From assembly GCF_009834535.1 (NCBI RefSeq), contig NC_045698.1, positions 3,164,001 to 3,228,000 on the forward strand: DNA of 64,000 nt, given 5' to 3'. Position 1 is the stretch's first letter, and each line of letters starts with the position of its first letter. Under the pieces are notes generated by a model that saw only the letters and a program-made list of their open reading frames with translations, was not told the origin of the DNA and ran no database searches. The stretch is from Camelus ferus. Lineage: Eukaryota. The position numbers were made by a program, and so were the translations under genes. Positions 1-13,769 of this stretch are shown in pieces.

Positions 1-859
1 AGTTTGCAGCAGAAACACATGGTGAGGGTTTTCCACGCCATCCCACAGAGTCCTGCAAACCAAGGATTCCCCAGTACTCTGGCCCAGAATAATGGAGTAA
101 GGGACTCCTGCAGACATGGCTCTTCTGCCTCCACAGGCAGTGGGATGGACCTACAGGACCACAGCCCCACACCACTCTATGTTTTCTCTCTAGAGGTTCC
201 TGCTTAAGAGCTTCTAGATAACATTTTTACTAAAAGTATTAAGACATCTTTAGTATACACTCAGACAATGTTAACATATTTACAAGAACTTGGTAGATGA
301 ATTTATGAGTTTAATTTTTAATATTTATGTGATCTTACTGCTTCAGATTATTTTATTCTTGGGGTTTTATGTCTGTCCTGTCTGGAATTTGAAGTGCTCA
401 GTGATTAATCTAACATAATAACTCAAAATAAAGTTTGAATATTTAAGGTCATTTGCTCAAATAGCAATTCAATGGCTCTGATTGTTTTAAGGGGAGTTTT
501 AAAATGCATTTGATTTATTCAATATTCATTAAAAAACAACAAAAATTTGCTAGATTAATAAATCAAACAGAAAGATTTATAAATTGGATTTAACTACTGA
601 AATGAAGCTAAAGTTATAGAATTTGCATATTAATATATTGTATATTACTATAAAATCCAAATAATTGCTCTCTGGCCTCTGCATGGACCTAAACATATAC
701 ACACACATATGCACACATACACATATCTCCCAATTTAGATCACAAGCATTTAAAAGAATTAAATAATTTGGTAGAGTCTTTAAGTAACTAAAATTTTAAG
801 AAATTAAATAAAGGAACAAAAATGAAAATAAAAATATATTAAAATAACAAAATATTATA

Positions 860-3800
860 ATGTTTAGAAGTAAAAATACAATAAGCAAGATGCATAATCT
901 GATAGATGAGCTAACAACTGATATTTTCTTTAAAGAAGAGAGAATTAATAAAGTGGAAGATAGAATGAAGGAAATTACCAGGATAGAGTAAAGAGATTGA
1001 AAGATGGAAAATTGAATGAGAAACTAGTAGAATAAGGGAGAATAATATGAAAAGGTGCAGCTCAGATAGGAAGTGGAGAAAACAGAGGATACAGGAAGGC
1101 AATACCCACAGAGCACTGGTGAAACGTCTGCAGAACTGAGCGTAGACAGTAAGCAAAATCTGTCACAGGGAGAGTGGATCAGATTAAATCCACTCCCAGA
1201 CACGACTCAGTGAGACAGCTGAATTCCATAAACAAGGGAGCCTAAAATCATCTAAATTAAAGAGAGTCTTTCTATACAGGAAGTAGACTTAGAATTATAA
1301 TCTTAAAGCAACTAAATCATCCAGAAAAATAAAACGAATAAACCCAACATATATAAATACATAGAAAAGAAAATAGAGAGGAAAAATTTTAAGTAAAAAA
1401 ATTAAAGAATTAATAAAACTCAATCCTGATTTTTTAAAAAAGTTAAATAAATGGCCTTTGCCAAAATGTATCAAGAAAATAGGAAAGATAAAAATAAAAC
1501 AATAATAAATCTAAAAGTTGTGACATATCAAATGATACAAGCACATGTAAAAATTATGAGGCACTTCAAACTCTTCTATGATGGCCAATTTGAAAGCTTA
1601 AATATGCAACTTCTGTAAAAATATAATTTATGAAAATTAAGTCAAAAAATGCCATAAAACCTGAATAAACTGGAAACTATTAAATGTATCAAACCATTAG
1701 TAAACTTCTCTCCACTTCCTCAAAATGAAAAAGATAGAGATAAGTTTTATAAATGAGTTTTACCAAAATATCAAGGAATGCATTATCTCTGTGTGAAATA
1801 CTCTTTCAGAGGACAAGATAAGGAGAGCTTCCTAACTCATTTACAAGGTTGATACAGCACAGAATATTCCGGGAAAATATCAAAGGAAAACTTCTAGAAC
1901 AATCTCACCTGTCGCCACAGACGCAAGAGCACTGAATGGAACAGCAGCAAGTCCCTCGATGCACAGAAATCATGCATCACTCCTAATTAGCGCTGCGAAC
2001 ATCGGCAAGAATTAACAGAAGTTACTGAATGAAGATTAAGTAAGAAAAAGCATATTATCCAAGTCATTTCAAAATACTGTTTGCTACAGATCAACCAACT
2101 TACAATCCTCATACAGAATTATCTGATAATTTAAATTTGGACTAGAACAGATTTTTCTTAACATTGTAAAATATTTCTCTCATAAAACTACAATATAAAT
2201 CCAACAGTGTAAGCCCATATCAAAAGCATTCCTTTTGATGTCAGGAAGCCAGTTATAACTGGTTCTATTCTACATTGTGATGGGTGTCCTAGCCAAGCAG
2301 AAAGTCAAGAAATAGTTTATAAGAAATATAAAGGAAGAGAACCAGCTGTCCGTATATACACATATAGTATACGCATATACAAACAGCAATAAAATATATG
2401 TGAATAGTATTGTTGTGCAAAGGTAGTGACTGTGACATGTAACAGAAGAAAGCAAGATGTCATTTACAGTAGAAATAAAAACTAGTGGGCTACCTAGGAA
2501 AATGCCCAACAAAGTATGTTTATGAAGGACATAAAGAAGAGCCAAATAAAATAAAAACTCTACCATGCTTATTTACAGAAAGGAAAGGTGTTCGTTCTTT
2601 CCTAATTAATCTATAAATGCAGTACATTTCTAATCCATAAATTTCACACAATTTGATAAAATTACATGGAAATAGACAAATTGATCATTATAGTCCAATG
2701 GAAAATTAAAGCAACAAAGTAAGCTGAGAGAATGGAAGCAATATTTCCATGCAATCAGAATTCAAGAGTAAAATTACAGTATTCAAAATAGTATGTTTGT
2801 GTATGGACATAGAAATCAGTTTGTTACAAAGTAGAGATGCTTGGAAGTCCATTACAAATGAACGTTTTGAATATGAAAAGATGAAATAAAAATGAGTGAG
2901 AAGAGTGGAATAATAAAAACACTCTGACTCTGTCCATATGTGAAGATAAAATTGATCCAAATTATAAATAAATCCCAGAGAGATTAAAAACGTAATTAAA
3001 ATGCAATAGTACAAACTTGCAGGAGACAACACGGAACACATCTAACACCAGTATAGGGAGGCACTTCTAAGCAGGTCTTGAAAGACCAACACTATATCTG
3101 CAAATCAATTGTATCTTTTGAGACTACAACAACATTAAAAATTCTTTGTTACAAAAGATAATAATAATATAACAAACATTTAGTGCTTTTATTTTTATTT
3201 TTAATATGTTTTTATTGAAGTATAGTCCGTTTACAATGTTGTGTCAACTTCTGGTGTACAGCACAATGCTTCAGCCATACATATACATACATATATTCAT
3301 TTTCATACTCTTTTCCACCATAAGTTACTACAAGATATTGAATACAGTTCCCTGTGCTGTACAGTATGAACTTGTTGTCTGTCTATTTTAGATATAGTAG
3401 TTAGTATCTGGAAACCTCGAATTCTCAATTTATCTCTTCCCACCCCCTGTAACCATAAGTTTGTTTTCTATGTCTGTGAGTCTGTTTTGTAAATAAGTTT
3501 GTGTCTGGTTTTGTTCTTATCACTGTATATATTAACCCATACATACCTATGCTGCTGGTAGGAATGTAAAATGTTACAGTAACTTTGGAAAAGAGTTTGG
3601 GTTCCTTCAAAAGTTAAACACACTCCTCCCGTGTGATCTAGCCATCCTATTCCTGGTTATTTACCTTGCAGATATGGACAAATGTGTCCCCCAAAACACA
3701 CACACACTGATGCTTTTAACAACGTTCTCAGTACTATACAGTAAGTAAAACAACTCAAATGTTCATCAAGAGGTGACTGGATAAACGATGGTATATCCAT

Positions 3801-4170
3801 ACCATGGAACACTATGGAGGAATAAAAAACAATGAACTGTTAATACAGGCTACAACACGATGGTTATCAAAATAATTATTCTGAGCAAAAACAGCCAGAG
3901 GATGAAATAAGTATTGTATGATTCATAGTCTATGAATTTGTAGAATATGCAAATCATTTCTAGTGATAGGAAACAGATGAGCAGTTGATTGAGGCAGAGG
4001 GACCACAGGAGGGGAGGGGTTCTGGTGAAACTTTTGGGGATGGATGGTAAGTTTATTATCTTGACTGTGGTGATGGTTTCATGGGTAAGAATTTGTATGT
4101 CAAACTTTTAAAATTGAACTCTTTAGATGTGTGCAGCCAATTTGATGTCAAATATACCTCAATTAAGCTG
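860..4170 (+). mobile_element. Ancient degenerate LINE-1 (L1MC/L1MD/L1ME-like): ORF1/ORF2 remnants and 3' end, interrupted by a younger L1
   Basis: A-rich ORF2-like sequence. The 3' part has typical old-L1 motifs (gctgctggtaggaatgtaaaatg...actttggaaaa at ~3550-3590) and terminates in aaatatacctcaattaagctg at ~4150-4170. Boundaries approximate. Confidence 0.75.
3186..3510 (-). mobile_element. Young cetartiodactyl/camelid-type L1 3' UTR fragment, 5'-truncated
   Basis: T-rich tail followed by tttattgaagtatagtccgtttacaatgttgtgtcaa...ttccctgtgctgtacagta...gtaaccataagtttgttttctatgtctgtgagtctgtttt. Homologous to copies at 5.6, 13.8, 29.4, 48.5 and 53.6 kb in this window. Confidence 0.9.
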
Positions 4171-4269
4171 TTTTTATTGAAGTCCTTTAAGACTGTCTCA
4201 TCAACGAGCTCACTGTCCGTTTCAGCCTCCATATTTAAATATAAATAAATATATGCACACACAGTTCCC

Positions 4270-5170
4270 TGCAGCATGCGAGTCTGCTGGACGCTGCTGA
4301 AGCCATGTTTTCTACTCGACTGCGCTCTTTCTTTTCTGCTGGTCTAAGGAAACCCGCCACGGAGGAGTCTCCACGGGCACAGCAGACACCGATGTGAAGA
4401 CGAAAGTCGAGTCTCGGGCGCCTGCACGTTGCATGTGGGCGAGTCTCGGAGTCACGTGCTGATGACACACAACTGCGTGTGTGTGTGTGTGTGTTCATTC
4501 GGTTAACAAAGGGAGGATGCTGGCAATAGTGCAGTAACTGCAACCTCCAAAGGAAACCCAGGGCGGGCAGCGTCGCTCAGAGTCGCTGTGTGGTTACGAA
4601 GCGAGTCTATTTCAGAAATACGCTCTGCCGAAAAGACAGGAAGTGCTGCTGCGGAGGGTGTTTGTCTCGTCACTTAAGAGTCTTTAAAAACCAACCCTCT
4701 GCATATTTTTATGAATGTTTCTAACTTGGAAACGAGCGTGGCACCTCTCTTCTTAGTCAGGGCGGGAGGGAACATCTGACACGGGACCCCCGATCCCCGC
4801 CCTCTTCCCAGCCCTCAGCAGTAGCACTGCGGCTTCGGGACGTTCCTGCCTCTAAACGCAAGCTCCCTCTGGGCGCCTCACTGCTTCTCCGCATCGTGGG
4901 ACGTCCGAGCAGCCCTGTTCCGGTTGGACAGGACAGGCACTGAGACCCAAGGGGAAGGGAAGTACTCCCGCCCGTGAGCGTTTCCACCCCTCTGCCCGAC
5001 GCTCCAGATGTGGAGATGAGGGTCGTGGCAGACTGTTCAGGACGGAGCCGCTTCGACTTTGCGGGTTCAGTGTTCTCACGTTTGAAACGTGGCTGTTTGC
5101 GCCACAGCATAGCTGCAGGACCAAGTGAGATCTCACGTGTCCGGGGAAACGTTCTGCCCAGCACCCAGGG
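4270..5170. promoter_or_regulatory. CpG island-like region (candidate promoter/enhancer)
   Basis: About 60 CpGs counted by hand in ~900 bp of GC-rich unique sequence. GC boxes (gggcgg at 4561 and ~4760), ETS-like caggaagt at ~4637, CACGTG E-boxes at ~4453 and ~5134. Confidence 0.6.
4477..4493. repeat. (GT)n microsatellite
   Basis: Direct reading of the sequence. Confidence 0.9.
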
Positions 5171-5643
5171 AATCTCTGGCTCTCCAGAAGTGTCAGTGGC
5201 CTGCTCAAGAATCAGCCTTACCATCTGTCAGATCAGAAGGCATTCACTTAGCAGTAATTAAGAGGAAAAGCTGATTTTTATCAGCTGCCGTTTAAGGAAG
5301 ATCTGATTCACACACATTCACAGAACCTGCTGGCTGATGGTGCAAACCTTGTCTTATACTGCCCCCCACTGGCCGATTCTGGGAGCTGTCTGAAGACCAG
5401 CCATCTCCACCACATTCACTCCCACAATGGTGAGTGTGAAATGCATGCATCTCACAGAGGAGAAGACGTCTCCTAAAGACTTAATGGTTCTTAAAGTCTT
5501 TGGCCAGGAGCCACGTTAGATTTATAGCGGTAAAACAGGCAAAAGAAGGAACTGAAGTGTTCTCTGTGTTTATGCATGTGCTATTCTCAGCTGCATTTCA
5601 GAAGGTTTTAAATTAAACCCCCGAGTAGTGATGAGCTAATCAG

Positions 5644-5805
5644 TTTTTTTTTTTTTAATTGAAGTGTAGTCGATTTACAATGTTAGTTGCAGGTGTACAG
5701 CAAAGAGATTCCGTTATACATATACATACACATTTTTTCAGATTCTCTTCCATTTTATGTTATTACAAGAAATTGAATATATTTCCCCGTGCTCTACAGT
5801 AGGTC
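5644..5805 (-). mobile_element. Short young L1 3' tail with degenerate target-site duplication
   Basis: Poly(T) then aattgaagtgtagtcgatttacaatgttag...ccccgtgctctacagtaggtc. Flanked by gctaatcag (5635-5643) and gctaaccag (5806-5814). Confidence 0.85.
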
Positions 5806-6384
5806 GCTAACCAGGTGTTTTAATTCTATGCATCAAGAAAAGTAAAGACAAATCACTGTGTTTCAAGGAAGCAGCAAATCACAGGAGTATTTGCGTTAGT
5901 GTTTCTGCAGTCGCTGTGGGTAAAATAAGCAGCGAGGAACCCGCATTGGAAATTTTCATTTTACTAAGTTAGTTCCACTTTCTCCATTGAAATACAGGAA
6001 TATCATGCCACTCAAAGGAGAATTAAGGAAAAAAGAGAGAAACACTGAGAAAAACCTTTCAAATATTCTGAAACACCTAATAAAACCAAAGAAATTGCTC
6101 TCTAATAGGCCATGGAAAATGTTGCAATTATTACGCAGTGAACCACATAAATTCTTTCAAGTTACATTTTAACTGTAGAGTTTCATTTCCATTCCTTTGC
6201 AATATGGAAGGAAAACAATCCCAGTATAATGCTTAGTTTAAATTGAAGGAGAAAAAAATGTTTTCCTTGATTCAGCTGCCTCGTATGACTGCTTTGGTGA
6301 AAGGGTCTAGCTTAAACATAGCCTTCCTGTGCCTCGTCTTAAACTAGAAGTTTGGAAAACCCTAAACCTGGTTTCTATATTTTG

Positions 6385-6475
6385 TATTTAAGAAAACTGC
6401 AGCTCAGAGAAGCTACATGTGGTCTCCAGTCAGATTACACAGCGGGTTAGTGATAGGACTGGAGGAAAAGATGGC
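6385..6475 (-). mobile_element. MIR fragment
   Basis: gaaaactgcagctcagagaag...ttacacagcgggttagtga resembles the antisense MIR core. Confidence 0.5.
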
Positions 6476-7306
6476 ATCTCTTGAACTTAATTGAGTGGTC
6501 TTCCCCCTTCACTGAAAATGAATATTTATGGAATAAAGTGCATGAGCGTACTGTCATTTATACTAAAAGCAAAGCACATACTTTATAATAATTTTTGGAG
6601 AAAATCGACCCTCTGTTACAGTGAAAAGCAAACAAAATAATTTGGGATATGAAATTTAACTCTAGATTTATACTGTTTCTTCTCTTTCCATCAGCATACA
6701 AATGATATTTTCTAAAATCTTTGATAAAACTTACAGACTTCTTGTCTCTGTCTGGTAGATCTCAAAGTCCTGGCATTTACGGGTTTAGCACTGTGTCCAC
6801 AAAAGGAATGACAAGAAACCATAAGAAAGGCAGAGTCGGGTACAGCGGGATGAATCGGGAACCGATTCTTGTCTTCATGATAACACCAATATCTGTTTAT
6901 TATATATTTTTTCAGTAGGCAAAAATATTTTAAAGCATAAAATACATAATAAAAGCAATCTGTAATTCTGCACCCAAGCAAACCGTAATTACGATTTTGG
7001 AATCCTTCCCTGAGTCACTCTCTCTCTCTCTCTCTAGTGTTCAGATTACTGTTCTAATAGTAAAGGAGATAAGCTCATGGTGACCACATCTGAGAACTCC
7101 CTTATCTCAGAGTCTTTCCTGTCTTAATAAGGAACCCTCAAAAGCAAACAGACACGATTTCCAAACAAACAGGGGCTGTGAGCTGGGACAGTCCACACGT
7201 TCCTTGGCCGGGCACAGCCTGTGGATTCCAAGGGCCCCGGATTCCCAGGGTCTCTTCACGTGGAATCAGTAATCCCAGGAGCAAGGCAGCGCTTTCGCTG
7301 GGAACG

Positions 7307-7352
7307 GTGTGTGTGAGTGAGTGAGTGAGTGTGTGTGTGTGTGTGTGTGTGT
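7307..7352. repeat. (GTGA)n(GT)n compound microsatellite
   Basis: Direct reading of the sequence. Confidence 0.9.
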
Positions 7353-7479
7353 AGGGGTGGGCTCAGGTCCCTGCAGTCAGTCAATATTTATTTACTGGAG
7401 TCTTCCACAACAGACCTTCTCTTTTACTTTTAGTTTACATCTTATTTTATTTAAAAACTGAACCTGTTAATCCTCGATC

Positions 7480-9110
7480 TATTTTTTTCTGCAAATATTG
7501 ACACTGACTTTTTTTGATTATGATTTTTTTTTGAGGTTCAGAAGCTTAAAAGTGCATAGACAAATCTATCAAAATATTTTCACTTTTTTTTTTTTGCGAT
7601 TTTGCTTTCAGGATTAGCAATTTCCTCCTGACACTGGTATCCATATATATTCATTCCTGTGGACTTTGTGGCTCATTAGCAGTTTTATTAAACCTATATT
7701 ATAGCTGAAATTGTTTGAAGTATTATAAAAGCTAAATCATCTAAATTTATTTTTTCTAAGAAGTTAGCCTGTTTTGCCATGCAATTTGTTAGAAAACCAA
7801 TAAATAAATATAAAAATCAATGTAAAGGTGTTAAATAGATAAGAAAATATGCATTTTTGTTTTGTTTCATGAATTTCTTCTGCTTCATGCTGTCATTTCT
7901 TACATCAGCTGCATATTGTCTGATAACTACTGTAATACCAGCTTTGATTATAATTTTTAAAATGCTTTTTATTGTTTAACAGATGGCTTGTATAATCACA
8001 TTTGAATGGACACCAATAAAAAGAGTGTTTAAGTTTAAAAATTAATGAATTGGTTTTATCTGTAAAACATTCTGAGGCACAGTTTTTAACATTTTATACT
8101 ATGTCATGTCTTTTTATTTAATCTATACCTAACCTTCAGAAAAAGATTTTAAATTTTCTTCATGTGGATCCTATTGGCTTTTGGTTAAATGCATTTACAG
8201 ATATTTTATACTTTCTATCATAAATTTGATTTTGACCACTGTTATATTTGTATAAATGGTAGCATCCAGTATTAAAGTATACTCTTAATTGTGTGTATTT
8301 TATATAATAGAACATCTGGTTGAATTTTACATTATTTTAAATTACGTATAATCACTTTTTGCGAGTTTTTCAGTTAGAATCTCCGAGTACCTGCAAGAAT
8401 TCAGATGTAATTTTCATCTTTATGAGAGTTATATTCCATTTGTTTTTCTCATTTTGTATGAGTATCTAAAAAACTAGACAAATTATAAAAGATACAGAGG
8501 AGAGTCTACATTCTTTCTTTTTTAATTTTAATAGAAATAACTGAATTCTAAACTCTAACTGAATTCTTAAGTAAGCTGTTGGGTCTTTGCATAAATAGAA
8601 ATAATTTAGAATGTTAAGGAACCCTCCACTTTCAGTTTCCGAAGTGATTTTCATCTGCTTGACTTTGCTTTTTTAATCATGCAGGTATATTGCATGTGAC
8701 CAAATGCCTTTTTGAGCTGTATTGAAATAATCATATACGGTATGTGGGTCACGTTAGATGGGGTTCCAAATATTCACTGTCTTACGTGACTGGTCCTACA
8801 TCTGCAGTGCCAGGGCATCCTTTATATATATATATCTATATCTGTTTTAATCCATCGGCTTTACCTACAGGTGTTTTAGTTGGGTATTTTATATCCATAT
8901 CTGCAAATCTGTTATTATTTATATTTTACTTCACTTCTTCCCCAGCTGGAATTATTAAATTCACCCTTTGATTTTCTTTAGATGTATCTCATAACTTGAT
9001 ACATTCTTTAGAAGAAATTCTTAGCATAGTTTATTTAATTCTTTGTTTGTTTGTTTTATTACGAAATCAGTAGAAACTTTTAAATTTGCCTCTGAATACT
9101 CTATTAACCA
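7480..9110 (-). mobile_element. Very degenerate ancient L1 ORF2 remnant
   Basis: T-rich tract with residual antisense ORF2-like motifs, e.g. caaatgcctttttgagctgtattgaaataatcatat at ~8700. Confidence 0.45.
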
Positions 9111-9454
9111 CATCTTGCATGGATTTTTCAGGAGAAACCCGATTTTCCTGTTTTAAACAGATGTTATACAAATTTTAGAAAATAGATGATTCAAGGGATT
9201 CCAACCTTTGTTTTACAAAAGAGTCCCAGAAAGTACAGCACTTGCCTTGTGGTCTCCACTGCTGCGTAACTGACTTGGTGACTTGCACACAGTGTGACGT
9301 GCTGGGGGTTGGCCGAGCTTGCTAGGCAGCGTTCTGCTTCCTGTGATTCTGGCTGGAGTTAGTCACTGAGAAAACGTTTACCGCTGTCTTGTATGTGTCC
9401 ACTCTTGACCAGTCTACACTACCATTTCTCATGAGGACTTTTCACATGAGGTCA

Positions 9455-9810
9455 GGAACTATGCACACAAATGTTCATAGCACATATGTAATAGCAACAA
9501 TGAGAAACAATTAGAATCCCCAGTTAAGGAGAGTGGATAATAGTGTTTTCCCATGATGAAAAATTAAATAACAGTGTAGGTGAATGAACCACAAAAACGC
9601 GCCAAAATATGTATGAATTTTAATGTAATTTGAAAAGCAAATCCCAGAGCATAATATCTAATATATATTTCTATTAAGCCCAAAAATGAAGCATAGTGAT
9701 AAAAACTATTTTTTTTAGCAAGGGGATGATGGATATAATAATCAGGATGGAGGTTAACCGGATGGGTCGAGGATGAATTAGGAACACCTCGGCAGCTGTA
9801 TATTACTGGT
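9455..9810 (+). mobile_element. L1ME-like 3' end fragment
   Basis: cacaaatgttcatagca...gtaatagcaa...gagtggataa resembles the end of ORF2 and 3' UTR of old L1s. Confidence 0.5.
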
Positions 9811-9916
9811 GATGGGCTAGTAGTCGAGCTGAGCAGTGGGCTCATTATATTAATAAATCAATTGATTACTTAATTAAATTCAAAGAGAGTCATGAATCAT
9901 GGGCTCAGGGTGATAT

Positions 9917-10325
9917 TGTGTCACTGCCTTGGACATCTGGCAAGCCTCCCCTCACATACTCTCCACCAAACTTTGTACTGCAACAGTCGACACTAATCTT
10001 CCATGTCCCACAGTTGCATCGTGACTGTCCCTCTGCTCGACTTCTCTGCCTTCTGGCCCACGCAGACCTGGAAGGACTCAGGGGTCAGAACCTTGTGGAG
10101 CACCTGGACCCAACCTGGGGGGAGGGATGGACAGACAGCTTGCTTCTGCATCTCACATGGCTCTCTGTGCCCAGGTGGGAACTGCATTCTGCTTCCTTGC
10201 GGTGGCCAGCAGCTCATGAGCACACCCTTGATTTAACCTCCCTTGCCTCGCAGTTTCTCACTTCTCAGTCCTCCAGCACACAAGTTCTTTTCAGCTCTGC
10301 TTGCAGAAGAAAAATAGGATAAGAC
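9917..10325 (+). mobile_element. ERVL-class solo LTR (LTR16-like)
   Basis: About 400 bp with TG...CA ends. Terminates in cagctctgcttgcag...ggataagaca, like LTR16-type 3' termini. Confidence 0.55.
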
Positions 10326-10404
10326 AGTTAAAATTCAAAATTATGACTAGTCTAATCGCTCACGTTTAAGGGATGCATTTTTTCCTAAACTTCCCTCATA
10401 TTAC

Positions 10405-13190
10405 AGGATATTTTTCATCTATTTGACACATAATAAACTGCGAGGACTTAAAATGCATAATTTGATGAGCTGTGGCATATGAACACAGCCACAAAACCAT
10501 CATCACGCTGGAACGTGAACCCTCCAGAAGCTTTCTCATGCCTCTTTGCCCCCATGCACACCCTTCCTTCACCCTCAGCCAGGAACCACTCATCTGCTTT
10601 TTTGTCACTACAGAGTAGTTTTCATTTTCTAAAATTGTTGTATTCGTGAGTTTATGTGACATACACTCTTATTTTTTGAAGGTGGGGGAGGCTGACTTTT
10701 TTCCTCAGCACAATTATTTGGAGATTCATCCACGCTGCTCTGTGTACCAACGGTTCATGTTTGTTATTGCAGACAGGCTTCCGCTGTGAACCCCTCAGCA
10801 GGTTTAGCCGTCGCCTGACGACAGATGTTTGGACTGTTTCCAGTTAAGGGTATAAGAAATAAAGTTATTTGTGAATATTGAACAATCCTCGCATCTCTGG
10901 GATAAACCCCACTTGGCCATGGTGTGTGACCCTTTTAATGTATTGTTGGGTTCTTTCTGTTAGTATTTTGTGGAGGGTTTTTGCATCTATGTTCATCAGT
11001 GATGTTGGCCTGCAATTTTGTTTTTTGTGATATCTCTGTCTGGTTTTGATATCAGGGTGATTGTGAGTTTGGAAGTGTTCCTTCCTCTGCAGTTTTTTAG
11101 AATAGTTTCAGAAGGACAGGTGTTAACTCTTCTCTAAATGTCTTTTAGGATTCACCTGTGAAGCCGTCTGGCCCTGGGCTTTTGTTTGCTGGGTTTTTTA
11201 ATTACTGACTCAATTCCAGTCCTAGTAACTGGTCTGTTCATAGTTTCTATTTCTTCCTGGTTCAGCCTTGGGAGAGTGTACGTTTCTAACAGCTCTCTGT
11301 TTAACCTCAGTTCTCAAAGATTTTTTTCTGTGCTTCCTTCTGTAGTTTTAAAGTTTTACGTTTAGATCTATAGTTTATTTTGAGTAAATTTCTCTATGTT
11401 TGGATCAAAATTTATTTTCTTCGCATATAGAGCCTAATAGTTTCAGCCCCATTTCTTCAAAACCTATTCTTTTTTTCACTTTTGCACCTTTGTTGAAAAT
11501 TAATTGACCATATACATTTGCATCTGTACCTGGACATTACACTCGTTTAAGTTGATTTTTATTATTATCTTTTTTATCAATATCACACTGTCTTGGTTAC
11601 TGTAGTTTCACAGTAGATTTTGAAATCAAGTGGCATAAATCATCCAACTTTGCTTTTACAAAATCACTTGGTTTCTCTAATCCTTCATATTTCTACGTAA
11701 ATTTTACAATCAGCTTGTTAATTTCAATAAAAAGAAGCCTCCTGAGATTTTAATTGGGATTTTATTGAACCTATATATCAATTTGACAAGAATTGAAATC
11801 CTAACAACATTAAGCTCTTCAACTTATGAATACAGTATGCCTCTCCATTTATTTATGTCTCCTCCGATTTATCTCATAGATATATTTTCCTTTTTAAAAT
11901 CAAGATTTTTTGCACATAATTTCTTAGATTTATATCAAAATATTTGAGAATTTTTGTAAACAATGCGAATGTCACTTTTTATTTGAATTTCAAATTGACT
12001 TTTTATCTTGTTTTCTTTGATTATACTAAACCCAATCACTAATTTCATTAGCATTTTTATATTCTTTGGGATTGTATACATAGATGATCATGTCAGCCAG
12101 GAATAGACACAGGTTAATTACTTCCTTTATAATATGTTTGCCTTTTTCTCTCAAACCTCATTGTCCTGGCCTGGACCTTCACTAGGACATTGAGCAGGAG
12201 GGTGAGAAGGGGCACTCTTGCTTTGTGTCAGCCTTGGGGAAAACACATTTGGTCTCTTACTTTATAGTAAAATTTGAATTGGAAGTTTTACATAAATTCA
12301 TTTTTACCAGCTTGTGGGAATTCCTTCATATTCCCAGTCTTCTAAGTGATTTTACTTTAAATGAACGTTTAATTTTGTCAGTTTTGGGGGAGAACTTACT
12401 GAGATGATCATATGGTTTGAATTCCTTAATTTGATGGCATGGCGAACTGCAATAATCTGTTTTCAAGGGCTGATCAAGTTTTCCATACTCAGAGTAAACC
12501 AACATGTTCATGAAGTATCGTCCTTTTTATGTAGTGCTGGACTTAATCTGTCCATTTTTCATTGAAGAGGTCGTAGTGCCCTTTTTTGCAATGTCTTTAG
12601 TTTGCTTTATTAGGATGGTATTCATCTCATGAATCACCGAGGAAATGTTCCTTCTTTTGTAAATTTCTGGGGGAGTTTGCGTAGCATTGACATTATTTAT
12701 TTATTTACTAAATTGTCTAATGTTCCAATGGCACCATCTGACCCCGGAATTCTCTTGTTGGAAGTTTTCAAATGGCAAATTCAATTTCTTTAAAAGAACT
12801 ATGACTAGTATATTTATTTCTCCTTGAATGGGCTGGATAGTTTATTCCTTTCAAACAACTTGCCTATTTAATCTAAGCTGGCCAATTCATAAGCATGTAG
12901 TTATTTGTAATATTTCCTCATTACCATTTTAATGTCTATAGAGTTTATAATGACCGTCCCTCCTTTATTTCTGATATTGGTCATCTGTGGGTTTTCTCTT
13001 TTTCCCCACATCAGTCTAGCTAGAGGGTTGTCAAAAACAACAAAAAAACAAAACAAAACAAAACAACAGGTTTTGTTTCATTGCTGTTTCTATTGCTTTT
13101 CTGTTTTCTATTTAATTGAGCTCAGCTCCCATCGGCATTATTTTCTTTCTCTCTCGTGTTTTCATTTAACCTACTTTTACCTGTCTATTT
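10405..13190 (-). mobile_element. Old L1 (3' UTR plus ORF2) with a better-preserved L1 ORF2 piece at ~10875-11290
   Basis: Antisense L1 3' end at 10420-10870. Conserved antisense ORF2 motifs: gggataaaccccacttggccatggtg, ttgcatctatgttcatcagtgatgttggcctg, attgaacctatatatcaatttg. Confidence 0.85.
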
Positions 13191-13769
13191 TTTCCAGGTA
13201 GAGTAAGCTGGTATGTTTAACAAGACCAGGAGAAAGAGAATGATGCCATGTGTTCCCAAGTGACCGACAAGACTGTCCCACTGTTCACGCAACGAAGGCT
13301 AAGGATTTAATGAAGAGTGCTTCATCCAAAGAGAGCACTGCATTACCTTTCCCTTCCGTTTATATTACTTTGTCTTTAGAACCTTTGAACCCCCTTGTTT
13401 TTAAGGTTGAAATGATGCAACTCATTTTACACTCGTTTTTTTTTTCCATCTGACTCCGCAACATCAGATATGCTTCCCAGTTTCTCATAAATTTAACAGC
13501 TTACTTCATGCTTTTCCTGCCCATTCTAAAACAAGTATTCTGTCTGGTCTATAACCTCACTTCAACATACTCATATGAGAGTGTTTTCTTATCCTTGAAA
13601 TTACATCTAGTAACGTAAAGTACCCCTACTAACACTACAGCAACACATCCATGTACGTTTGATGTTAAAAAGTCTCCCTTTTGGGAGGTGTTTGATAAGG
13701 ACTTTTCATTTGCAGTTTAGATTAATTTTTGAATGAAGAAACTATTGTGTATCACTTCGTATTTGTTAA

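Noticed and set aside
4757..5261. Overlapping 95-155 aa ORFs
   Set aside because: They lie in GC-rich CpG-island sequence where stop codons are rare. They are open on both strands and have no recognisable homology.
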